Shown here one piece after another: positions 15,003-29,085 of a stretch of DNA of 64,000 nucleotides; positions within the stretch are counted from its first letter, which is position 1; the number at the start of each line of letters is the position of its first letter. The DNA comes from the human T2T-CHM13v2.0 reference genome, Homo sapiens: assembly GCF_009914755.1 (NCBI RefSeq), contig NC_060940.1; one strand, 5' to 3'. The notes under the pieces were generated by a model, which did not search any database, was not told the DNA's origin, and saw only the letters and a list, made by a program, of their open reading frames with translations. The position numbers and the translations under genes are program-made.

Positions 15003-15356
15003 TGTATTAGTCTGTTCTCATGCTGCTAATAGAGACATACCTGAGACTGAGTAATTTGTAAAGGAAAGAGGTTTAATTAACTCACAGTTATACATAGCTG
15101 GGGAAGACTCACAATCGTGGTGGAAGAGCAAGGGAAGTCTTACTGAAGGCAGACAAGAGAGAGCGTGTGCAGGGGAACTCCCCTTTATAAAACCGTCAGA
15201 TCTTGTGAGACTTATTCACTATCACAATAACAGAACGGGAAAGACCCACCTGTGTGATTCAATTACTTCCCACCAGATTCTTCCCACAACATGTGAGAAT
15301 TGTGGGAGCAACAATTCAAGATGAGATTTAGGTGGGGACACAGCCAAACCATATTA
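15003..15356 (-). mobile_element. THE1 (B/C-type) MaLR solo LTR, complete
   Basis: tgtattagtctgttctcatgctgctaat...ggtggggacacagccaaaccatatta; 5-bp TSD cttac/cctac. Confidence 0.92.
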
Positions 15357-16068
15357 CCTACTATATCACTTGAATACTATTCCTTGCTCCAGTTCTCACA
15401 CTTGAAAAATGGATACGATGCCACTTTATTTGGTTTTCTCCTGTACATATTGAGAGTAAGAATTGTTTCAAGGATCGTTCATATGAAGAAAGTAATTGTC
15501 ATGCTTTTTTTTTTTTTGTTACCATGACATTTATTTTAGAGATTTCATGGGCACTGAGTGGGCAAAGTGTCCTAGTGTCAGAAAGTAGTACAATAATTAT
15601 TACAGAAAGATAGCTCAAAAGACCAGGGATGTAGGGCAGCAGAATAATGTGTGTTTTTTTCCTCTCTCTAGTCCTCTCTTTTTCTTTCTTCATCCTTTTT
15701 TTTTCCTTTTATAAAATGCCGCCAAACCAAGATTCTCTTCTTTCTTGAGCTAAATCTTGAATAAATATTAACAACGTAAGAAGATATACTGTGATGAGCA
15801 CATGGTTTGAATGATTAGGATCAGAATATGGTCTTTTTTGGGTCATTTCTTAGTTATGTGACCTAGGCCATGCCCCTTAATTTTTGATGAAATGTGAGTC
15901 AGTTTTATGGTGTGAAAAAGAAAAATGGAAAACAAAGGTGAGGATGTCTCCCTTATATTTATTTAGGACTCTACAAATGTTTCTGTTTAGTATCAGGCCT
16001 ACACTAGAGCCAGGACTTAAACACTGGTCTTTCATGTCATCCTCTCATTATACTAGCCTTCATTATAA

Positions 16069-16441
<373 letters not shown>

Positions 16442-16502
16442 TAGCTTAGATATTCCTGGTAGTCTCACAGCTTCCCTCAAGGAGGAAGGGAAAGGTGAAG
16501 GA

Positions 16503-16768
16503 CAGGGTGTCACTTTTTCACCTAGGCACCATCATGGCTCACTGCAACCTTGAACTCCTGAGCTCGTCATCCTCCTATCTCAGCTTCTCTAGTAGCTAGG
16601 ACTACTGGTGCACATCACTATGCCTGGCTAATTAAAAAAAATTTTTTTTTGTAGAGACGAGGTCTTACTATGTTGCCTAGGTGGCCTTGAACTCCTGGCC
16701 TCAATTAATCCTCCCTCCTCAGCCTCCCGAAGCACTGAGATTACAGGTATGAGTCACTGCACCCAGCC
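16503..16768 (-). mobile_element. AluJ, degraded at 3' end
   Basis: catggctcactgcaaccttgaactcctg...gagtcactgcacccagcc. Confidence 0.88.
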
Positions 16769-18693
16769 AAGTCATTGGTATCTTTACCTCAGCAACAACT
16801 GGATTGATGTCTTCAGTTTATATGTTTTATGCATTCAATTTACATTTAAAATCATATTTAATCAAATGGTGATACAATACATAAAATGTGAACACTACTG
16901 TCTTAGTTGAAAGCTGGCTTTTCAGGGTCCTTGATAGCCCAGGGACACTACAAGCTATCTTGTAGAGATTTGGAGTCAGCCACTTTCTGCTCATGATTGG
17001 GCATAAACCATAATAAGTAAGCCAGGGAATGGTGGACACCATTGTTTTTAGGAACAACCTGAAAAGAAGCAGATTGCTGATTGACTAACCTGGTGCCATC
17101 TTTCTCATTGGCCTTAACTTCAATTCATTCTTCTGTTCAATGTAGTCAGACAATCTCAAGAAAGGCAAAACTAACTGTATTTTCATGTCAGTAAATCCTA
17201 CCTGGGAAGCCTAAATGGTATGAAGGTACAAATACCTACTATACTACCTCTCCAGGATATTGGACCTTTCTACCTTTTGATGCTGTCTGGCACACATCAT
17301 TTTATTGTATCTTTGCAATAGCTTTTATTGTTCTACCTTTGGCTTGGAAACAGTTCTGCCTATCCAAAGGAAAATAAAAGCCATCCTTCTTCATAATTCA
17401 TTCAGCAAGCATCACTGCTCCATTAGCAGAGCACTTACCCATCAGGGGAAGAGAAGTAAGAATAATTGCAAGTGTTATCTAGGGCTGGAGATATGTATCT
17501 ATAGATTTCCAGCATTATAGACCTAAGGACTGCAGGCTGTCCCCTAACATGTGTTTATCCTTCATATACTGTTTAAATTTCACACCTTTTCTGTCTGTTT
17601 CTTGCTTGGACTGGGCAAACAGGATAGTAGTATATTTAGCCAAACCATGTCAGTTCAAATAAAGAATTCAGAGGCATCTGGGAAATATATATACATGAGT
17701 AATTCTTTGAAAGCTCTTACTCTCCCACAAAATGCCTTTCCCAAATATCCATTCAATTTATTCTTCAATTTCCACAGCTCCCTCTCCAATCTGATACTAA
17801 AGCCATTGGTACTGACAGAATACTAAAATCAAGCAAATAACAGCCACTCACCGTTTTCTCCATCACTTAGCTGGTTAAATGGCTATATATTTCCATCGCT
17901 TATATCCTAGGATGTAACTAAATAAACATTTTAAACTGGCAGTTTTAAATTTTATAGGATAAAAGCCTGACGTAGGTTCAGGTTTGTAGAGGGGAAAAAT
18001 CAAATGTGCAAGAATAATGTTTACAAATTTCTGAAACAAGGCTTGTCAGCAGGATGAAGTTGCTAATACAAGCCATTTTGGACTGAATGGTTTTTATCTG
18101 TTTATAATAACTTGGATTTGTCTCCTGTTAAAATGTCACAGGGATAAAGGAATAAATTCTAACAGCTGTGACAGGATTATCATTGCTACGAAACTCCGAT
18201 ATGGTGGATTTATGTGTCAGAGACATCTACTTCACTGTCTTTCACTCAGAATAATCCAAATATTCCCTTCCATACTCAGGAAGACTAACAATAAGACACA
18301 GATAAAGGCCCATGATTCTGGCATCTCATTCCCTAAGTCTGTGGTTAACTGAGATGATTGGCACCAAATGTCTAACATTTTCCTGAGGAAGTTAATGGGG
18401 AAACTCGCGATGAGGTCCCTTATTATTTTCTCAATGCAGCTATTCCATAAGCTGGGTGGAATTAATGACAAACTTCAGCAGGAATACACCAACAATTGTG
18501 ATTTATTTTTAGTGTAACATAGAAAAATAGACAAAGAGAAGTGCTGGATAGTCAATAGAAATAAGCATGTGGAGAATAAGTGAGACAAATGACCCAAGAC
18601 ATCCTAAGAAAATAATATGAGATGACATTGAGTTGGAAACCTATTTATTGCTGGTAAATGTCGTAAGAAATTGTATCCAACTGAGACTTATAC

Positions 18694-19330
<637 letters not shown>

Positions 19331-19622
19331 AGTGATGCTTAGAGGCTTTTGAATTCCACAGCGATCCCAGGGATGAAATCTGATTAGTCCAAGTGAGTTC
19401 ATGTGCCCTTCCCTGAGCCAATCACTGTCTCTGCTTGAATGGTTTCTCTGATTAGACCGGCCTGTAACATGTCATAGAAAATCACATTGTTGCCCTTTAT
19501 CTTTCTTCATAGAGATGCAGCTGTGAAGGTTAAATCAGCTAATCCATTGAAAGTAATTGATACAGGGATGGGCAAATAGTAGGTACTCTAAATGAAGTTT
19601 GTTTTTATAGTTGTTATGATGA

Positions 19623-19997
<375 letters not shown>

Positions 19998-20064
19998 TGA
20001 GTGTCTCTTAGAGACCTGAACAGGTGGGTTACACACTAGAAGAACAGCACTTGAACAGCGGTCA

Positions 20065-20290
20065 CCACATCTCCCAGGAAGCCTCCCCTGCTACCCTTAG
20101 TTCAGACTTGGTGACTCCTTTATACTCTATACCTAGCTCCATCTGACCCTGTCATATTGTAATTGAAAAATTTATCCCATTACACGGTGAGTTCCTCAAA
20201 GGAAGAAGTGCATCTCATTCATTATTTTATCCCAAACACTTGGGATATTGTTAGATACTAAATATGTCTGTTCAAAGAACTTATGAATAA
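20065..20290 (+). mobile_element. L2 3' fragment
   Basis: ctcccaggaagcctcccctg..gtgagttcctcaaagga..taaatatgtctgtt. Confidence 0.45.
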
Positions 20291-21179
20291 GCACGTCAGA
20301 GAACACTTCATGGTGGGGATTATACCTGAGCTGGGCCCCAAAGGATGGGAAGGGCTTTTGAAATGCAGAAATGGGAAAAACCACATCAAGGAGATGGAAA
20401 TGCTCAAAATAAGCTCGGAGATGGAGCAGTGTCCAGCGTGTTTGAACATGTCAGTTAATGAGATGCAACTGAAGGGAATAGTGAGTGAAGAAGATTGTAG
20501 GGCAGATCCCAAAGGACCTTGAATGCTAATGAGATTAGACTTTGTATTCTATGAAATATAAAGACTTTGAAATATAAAGGTTTTCATGTGGGGATCGATA
20601 TGGCCAAAATTCTTCATACAGACACATGCACACACATATACACACATCACCAGACCCACTCACACACATAATACAAGGCATTTATTTAGGACCTACTAAG
20701 TAGATGAAAGATGGGTTACACACATTAAAGAAGCAAAGGTCCCTGCTCCTAGGAGTTTGTGATTTAGTAAGAGGTGGATTTATCAAGAACCTAATTATGT
20801 GTAACTTTCAAGTTATTTGTACAGACCCCTTCTAAATAAATATTCACATTGGTATCTAATTTTGTTTTTTAAGAGAAGAGAATCTTCCCTTTGATTTGAT
20901 GGAACAAGGGCTCTAAAAACACCACTAGGGTTGAGAAACAGAAAGGAGCAAATTGTCCTGATGAGAATGTACCAATTATGAATAAAGAAATGGGCTTTGG
21001 AATTCTCCAATCCATAGGATTTTGAGTCCTAGGTTCGAGACCTCCTCAGGGAAAATCTACCTTAGCCTTTCTGTTCTTTGGCTATATGAGCAAATGAATG
21101 TTCCTTTGGTTTAACCTAGTTTGAGCTAATTATTCTGCCACTAGCAATTTAGAATCTTTGTAGTTATTATTATTTAAAT

Positions 21180-21305
21180 GATCATTTTATAAATGTGAAA
21201 AAGAGGGCACAGGGAGATTAAGGAACTTGCCTAAGGTCACACAACTAGTAAAAAAGGTGAACCAGGATTGAAATTGAGATCAGTTTAATTTCCAGAGTGT
21301 AAGCC
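21180..21305 (-). mobile_element. MIR
   Basis: gaggcacagggagattaaggaacttgcctaaggtcacacaactagta. Confidence 0.7.
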
Positions 21306-23066
21306 TTTATATGGTGTGCAAATGGAGTCTCAATATTTTCATTGTAAAGGAAAGTCATTGAAGTTATGACTCTGTCTTAATTATGTTTTTATCTCCACAG
21401 CCACTACTATAACACATAGTAGGTACTGGTTTAATGCATGCGCAATCCTTGAACAAAGCCTAAATCTATAAATATTCCAGATCTACTGTCTTTTTGTTAC
21501 CATGAAATAAGGATATCTGCATCATTCATGTTGCAAATATTTCTTCCTGTTTATTAAATCAAAATATTGTTTGTGTATACAGATATGCGAAACTGGTTAC
21601 TGCAGAGAAAAATGTTTTGTTGTCAATTCTTGTACTTTTCTGCATTTTTGTCTCTCTACCACTTTTCTTTTATCAGCAAAATCTTTTCCAAATGAGGGAA
21701 ACAGTGAGCATTTTATAAACCTGTCTAGGGCTGTAAAATATACATATACTTTTAATAGTGACAGAGGTATCTTTGGAACTTCCTCCAGAGTGAAATCTAC
21801 TTCAGAAATTTGCATTTAACAGGCAAACATAATATTGTTGAAGAACACAGAATTATGAATTCATGGACATTTGAGTACTGGGGATACTTTATAATCCACA
21901 CATCCATACTTCTAACTGTAATTTTTATAGCTATATTGTTCAAATTGCCCAAGATGGATAAAGCTAGCACTTTTACTATTAACTGTATTTGAGGGGTTTG
22001 TAGCAACTGCTCCATGAAAGCTCTTTGTAACTTGAAACTCACACAGGAAGTTTCAGGCCAAATAATGTGCTTTCTGCTTTAGGGTATGAATTTGTCACCT
22101 CCTGATGTAAATCTCCTAAAGTTGATTGGTCTTAGAAGTATTCATTTAATACAACATTCAAAAAGTCTCCTGCTTTAAAAATGAAAAATTGCAAGTGATT
22201 ACTTTACAGCCCACTTAATTGCATTTGGAGATTTTCTGCCCCTAAAAATTCTCCTGGATAACCATATTCATGCTCTCCCCAAACACACTTTTGAGCAGAG
22301 TTTTATTATGGGTAGCACCTGACCTTTCAGCATAATTGCATGTGGTCCCAATTAATTGTTCTGTTCTACTGTGCATTCAAAAATGAGACTAATTATGCAG
22401 ATACCTGATAGAAAGGAGAATCTTAAAAGTGAGCTCTTTTGGGTGCCTGGAATTTAGAAAATAAGGTATAAAATGACACTTAATTAACTAATAAACCAAC
22501 TGACATGGCTGACTCCACAGGAGACTTCTAGTCAACACAATTCAGACAATTAGAAGACTTTTCCCTAACTGAAACACAATGAGATAGAGCTTACAAGCCA
22601 AACTGAATATTGCCATAAATCAACATGCTCGTGAGAGACCCATTTAATACAGGTCTGCTTAGAAAAATATATTTTAAAATTTTGGTTAACTATTTCCATT
22701 GCTTTAAAAATACATACTCCACTCATTTATATTTAACTCTCTTGATGCCTTTTAAAATATTTTTATGAGTGTTATTATGGTATTGTAGAGAAAACACCAA
22801 GGTGCATGTCTTTAACCTAAATGTGATGCCACTTTGCTGTGTCATTAACTGATTTAAGGATTTCAGTAATTGTGTAACTAATTTAGGTTTCTGAGATTAT
22901 TTTCTCCTCCTCTGAAATGACTTGTTAGATTTTCTCTCTACTTGATTGTTGGAACAAATTGTTAAGGAAATGAGTAGAAAAGTTGGCACATAGTGTGGAG
23001 TGCTCTGAGGTGCTGGACATGAGGAGAAGATGGATCTCGTGCCCATCACCCATCCTTCCTCATTGG

Positions 23067-23811
<745 letters not shown>

Positions 23812-24254
23812 GTCAGTGCCTACTGTCAACATTATGCTCTGCTACATACGACTATTTCCTGGAGTTGTTCCTTGGAGTTGCCCAGTAGCTGTGTTGAACA
23901 TATAACCTAGTGTAGTGAAGATGTCATTGATTTCAATTATTTTGTTGTATTTCCATCATATATAATGCACATGATTTTTATGCCACATATCCCAGTTGTT
24001 TTGCTGACTGTAGTCATAATACTAATAGCTTAAATCTTTGAGTAAGGAAGTTAACATTTGTGATGCTCCAAGGATGTGCCACATGAATTGTTGTGTGATC
24101 CACATATTTTATGGCATTCAATCCTGTCAATATCCTTGTAAAGTGAGTAACATCTCTATCGTGCAGATGTGGAAACTGGCAGGTTATTTACTTGCACAAA
24201 GTCAATCAGCTGAAAGTGTTAAAATGCAAGGTAAGCTTGACTTCAAACTTGAGA

Positions 24255-24460
24255 AAGAACCTGCAGACCTAAATTTGAGTCTTGTTTTTCTCACTTAGTT
24301 CTACCTAATCAGCCTACTTACTAATTAGCTCCCATTTTACCTATGGGAAAACCAAGGTATGTAAAATGTAATGAACTTTCCCCAGAGTGTACAACTAATA
24401 ATGATCTTGTATGGTTTTTGTGAGGCTGGAATGAAATGATGTAGGCAAACTGCTTAACAA
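24255..24460 (+). mobile_element. MIR
   Basis: gacctaaatttgagtct..tttgtgaggctggaatgaaatgatgtaggcaaactgcttaaca. Confidence 0.45.
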
Positions 24461-26523
24461 AGATCCAAAATGTGATAAGTAGCCAATAAATGTAAAATGT
24501 CATACTTAATGGTAGTAAAAGTATACATTTTACTGTCTCTTCCTCTGGGAATGAAGACACTACCAGGGCAGCACAATTCCGGGTGACTTAGAATCCACAG
24601 TACTGTCAGTATGACTTGTTGATTGTTTGAAAGATGGTGGATAAAAAACATGCCTTATACAAGGATATTCCACTTACACTTACACTGAGTGGGTAGAAAA
24701 ACTTTCGTAAGGTCCAATGATGTAAGTAAGTGTTTGTGAGAGAGGCGAGACAGCTTCTAGAAATGAAGGAAATCATCCTTTCTGGCTTGTTGAATTGGGA
24801 GTCTTCAGTTTGGTTTTGGATCCAGTTCTGTTGAGCCAAATTCAAGGGCCATGACATTTACAAGATTTTAAATACTTTCAAATGCAAAGGCAATATTATT
24901 TTTCACTTTTGGGGCATCAGAAATAAAATTCCTTTTAATTTATAGTTAATAAAAATGGTTCCCATGTTAATTCATTTCAGTATGTAAATAACTTTTAATG
25001 ATTAACTTTTTGAATACATTTTTGGATTAACAGCCTAAAATTAGCTTAATTTCAACAATTAACTAATGACTACATGGCAATTTAAAAGGCATTCAAAGAA
25101 CCCAGAATATGTCAATGTATGACATATTAATTTTTCCCTCTATAACATTTTCCTATGAGTTAATTAATTCTTTTCACATAATAAACAAATTATATATACG
25201 TTATAGTATTTTAAGAAATTGACTCAATTCACTTAATTGTTCATAATTATCACAGTTTTTTTGGACTTGGAACTATGTAGTTTCTTCATGTTAGGGTAAA
25301 GAATAAAATATTAGAAAAGAAAAACTGGAAATTTTAATTATCAATTGAGGTTATCTGAGAATTTTGCTATGATAGTGTTAAATTTTTTTTAGTTGATTAA
25401 TTTTGCTCAGTAATTGCCTGTTTGAAGGTAATCATGCAACACCTAAGAGAACAAGGGTAGAAATTGCTTCTTTCTCCTAGCCCAGAATACTTTTTATAAT
25501 TCATAAAGACAGAAAAGTCCACATTAACTCTCATTGTGTTGAAAAACAATAATGTTATGAGAGCTTGAACATAGAGATGGAACTTTTTGGCTTTGGAGAG
25601 GTACTAAAATGTACATTTTAAAACTTTAATTCTGGTGTTGCACTGGGTGAATATGTCTTCCTGGGAATTTGATTGAGCTGAATTGCTATGAAATACATGC
25701 ATTTATGCAAAGGTCAATTATGATATAGGCAATCTATTTTAGTGTAAGCTTCCTCACACCTTTGGAAATGATTCCTTTTCTTTTTCTTTTTTTTTAGCTA
25801 AGTGAGAATCTCTCAAGGAATACAAAAATTAAAGAAAAAATCAAGCAGTACACTCTTAATAGTTTTTTTCTACGTCTCCCCAGTAGAGGCCGTCATATGC
25901 GTTTATTCAGCAAAGGCAGCAGATTGCTGCATCTACAGTGCATTTAGTGACCTCAAATATCTGGGTATATCCTTTTGGAAAGAGAGATCAGCAGAAATCT
26001 AAGGCCGAAATACAATGATAAGGAAAATGTTGCTACAGCATTAATGAAAAAAAAAAAAGCAAGCTAGAAAGTAAAATTTTAATTTTATTTTTTAAAATGC
26101 TTATACACCTATTTATGCATTGCAGTAAAAACACTGGGAAGAAATGCATCAAATTTTTAATTATCTTTATCTTACCATACAAATGGTGGTGTTTACATTT
26201 CTTAAATTTTTCCATATTTTTACCAAAAATATATCTTTATCATTAGAAAATGAAACAATGTTATAGATTTTTAAAGAATATGAAGTAATGGAAACATAAT
26301 TTCTCTAAAAAAGCCTCTAGTTGTCATTTTAAGGACCATGATTAAATGAAGATGACCTGGGAAAAACAATAGATTCCTGTTCTTTCCTTTATTTTAATCA
26401 TACTTCTTAGCTCCTCTTATGTGACAGGCAAATAGGATACAAACTGAACATTGATTCTACAGACATCATTCATGTGGAAGATTTTTGATATTTTATATAT
26501 ATGTATATATATATGAACACATA

Positions 26524-27322
26524 CAGTCTTCATTACTTGCAGTTTTCAAATAATGCAAACTTTCAAATTCACCTGCTCATTAAAATTTATTTGTAACCGC
26601 AATATCAATAGTTAAGGTGCTTTGGAGGTCATTTGTCGACATGCACATGTGCAAAGTGGTGAAAATTTGGAGTCATCCAGTATGCAAGTTCCCAGCTGAG
26701 CTTGAACAAGGTGACACTCTGCCGTCTTGTTTTGAGATCTCATACTGCAATGAACTGCCCTTTTCCTGGCCTATTTAATGCCCAATTTGTTGCATTTCTG
26801 TGCATTTGGTTGGCGCCTTTGCTGTTTAAAATGGCCCCTAAGCATAATACTGAAGTGCTGTCTGGTGTTCCTAAATACAAGAAGGCTGTGATGTGCCTTA
26901 CTGAGAAAATACATGTGTTAGATAAGCTTCATTTAGGCATGAGTTATAATGCTGTCGGCTGTGCATTCAACATTAATGAATCAACAATATATATTCGCCT
27001 CCCGGGTTCACGAACCCGGGAGGCGGAGCTTGCAGTGAGCCGAGATCCCGCCACTGCATTCCAGCCTGGGCGACAGAGCGAGACTCCGTCTCAAAAAAAA
27101 AAAAAAAAAAAAAACCAATATATATTAAATAAGGTGTCTTTAAGTGGAAATGTACACAAAACAAGGCTATATATTGATTGTTAGATGAAAATGTTGTGAC
27201 AGGAGGCTCGCAGGAACCTAATCTTGTATTTCCCTTAGGAGCAATCATTTAGTATTTGCTAATTCAGTGTTTGGGTCAATTTTGTAGAACATAACTACTG
27301 TGAATAACAAGAATCAATTCTG
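26524..27322 (+). mobile_element. MER82 (Tc-mariner/Tigger) non-autonomous DNA transposon; strand is that of the transposase remnant
   Basis: ta|cagtc start, aaaatggcccctaagcataatactgaagtgctgtct, caggaacctaa..ccttaggagcaat..cataactactgtgaataacaagaatcaa end; encodes a CENP-B/psq-type HTH remnant. Confidence 0.85.
26996..27114 (+). mobile_element. 5'-truncated AluYa5-type element with fold-back 5' end
   Basis: gagatcccgccactg (Ya5 diagnostic), pure A22 tail, TSD caatatatatt at 26985 and 27116. Confidence 0.9.
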
Positions 27323-27390
27323 TGTATGTGTGTCTATGTAATTTTATCTAATTTAAATATTAATACAATTTACATATGCAATTTAGAAAT

Positions 27391-27418
27391 ACACACACAC
27401 ACACACACACACACACAC
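27391..27418. repeat. (AC)14 microsatellite
   Basis: Read directly. Confidence 0.95.
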
Positions 27419-28729
27419 CCCGTTACATGTATTCATTTTTTTCTCTCCCATTCTTTTTCTCTAATTTTCCTGGTTCATATACAACACAATGACTTATATT
27501 TAGTTCCTCAATTACTGAATATTGAAATGTGAATATAAGTCCTTAGAGTGGCTTTTTTTTTCTTCTGCAGAAACTGCAGAAGAATATCCTATCCAAAAAT
27601 TTAAACTCCCTTAAGTAACAACAAAAACAATGATGATAATAACAATAGTAAATTGCAAGCTTTTGACAGTTTTTGGTGGATATTAACTAGGTGGTAGCCA
27701 TCAAGGGATAGATGACTACAGAGGAAATTGCACTGAGAGGCCTCAGGGCTTAATTGGAAAGCATAATATTACAAAAAGAGAATTAATAACACTCTACATA
27801 ATAATTTTGAAATGCTATCTCAATTGATAACCATGAAAGTAGTACAGATTTTGTTGTAGCTAAGAGAATGTTTTTAATCCTGAATGTAAATGTTTTGACT
27901 CCTCTTTTTCAGAAGCCTAATGCTGATAAAGTAAAGGTATCCGAATGTTTGTATATGTGTGTGTGTTTCATCCGATTGATATCCAAAGGATGACCACGAA
28001 GAAGAGAAAGTGTATCTGCAAGCCACATAAAGGGGCAAATATTTATTTACATTCTGAATCTGAAGTACTTAAACAAGTTTTGAAAAATAAGGATGGATAT
28101 TCCAGGCAGAAGAACAGTATGTGCAAAGCTATGGATAAGTAGGAGAAAATGAGATGTTCTTCGAATTGCAACTATTCCACCCAGTGCATCCGCCGTAATA
28201 GTCCTGAGTCCATGGAGAAGATGTGAAGAAGACTAGAGACTTATGGAGCCTGACAAAGAAGTTGATGTTTCTGACACAAGCCTTGTTCCTTATTCAGAAA
28301 GCCTTGTGGAGCCATTGTTGAGCCCTGAGCAAGCCAACTTGGTAAGATTTCTATTTCAGAAATCTGGCAACCACGTAGAGGAAGCTGAGACAAAGAGACC
28401 ACTTAGGAGTCTATTTCAGGATCAGGCAGGAGCTGAAATTAGCTTTGATAATCCCAGTGCCTATGGACTTTGTTTGAACTTCCCTATGCGTCCACACTAC
28501 CTGCTGGGGGCTCCCTCATATCTCCACAGGGGCCTCCTCTGTCTGTCCTTTTAAGCTCTGTCCATACTACTCATTTGAGTCCCGGAGCTCCCTGCAAATC
28601 TCTCAAAGAAGTTCACATGGGCTAAGCAAAAATATCCAAAGTTTGCAATTTATTAATTCAGGGTCAAATTGTTGGATCTTTCTACAGATAACGCATCAAA
28701 TGAGAGCGGAATATAAATACATTATGTCC

Positions 28730-29085
28730 TTCGTTAATTTAATAAACAATTATTTGTTAAATGCTTGTACCTACCAAATACTGACTTAGGCGTCTAATGA
28801 ATAAACAGTGACAAAATATAGAGAAATTCCACTCCTAATTCAATTTTTGTTCTAGCAGGGGAGGTAGAAAAAAATAATTACCTATAGTTATTTGTATTAT
28901 GAAGAAAATAAACAAGATGATGGTTTGATTGCAAATTTTAAAAGGAAGGATTTTCTAAACAAGGGAGGGAAGTCAGGGATGTTCTCTCTGAGAAGATGAT
29001 ATTCAAGCAAGACTTCCAGAATGAGAAAAAAGCAGACCGATAAAGAATTGGGAGAAAAGTGGTTCTGGGAGCAGGTACACAAAGC
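28730..29085 (-). mobile_element. L2 3' fragment
   Basis: aacaattatttgttaaatgctt..tctagcaggggaggtaga..ctctctgagaagatgatattcaagcaagac. Confidence 0.6.

Noticed and set aside
20552-20580. Short tandem duplication tgaaatataaag x2 (similar ones near 3572-3604 and 23857-23880)
   Set aside because: Ordinary slippage-scale duplications.
27913-27936. Possible 24-nt in-frame micro-exon (KPNADKVK) after ctcctctttttcag
   Set aside because: Weak donor (GTATCC), no host gene identified, no supporting exons.
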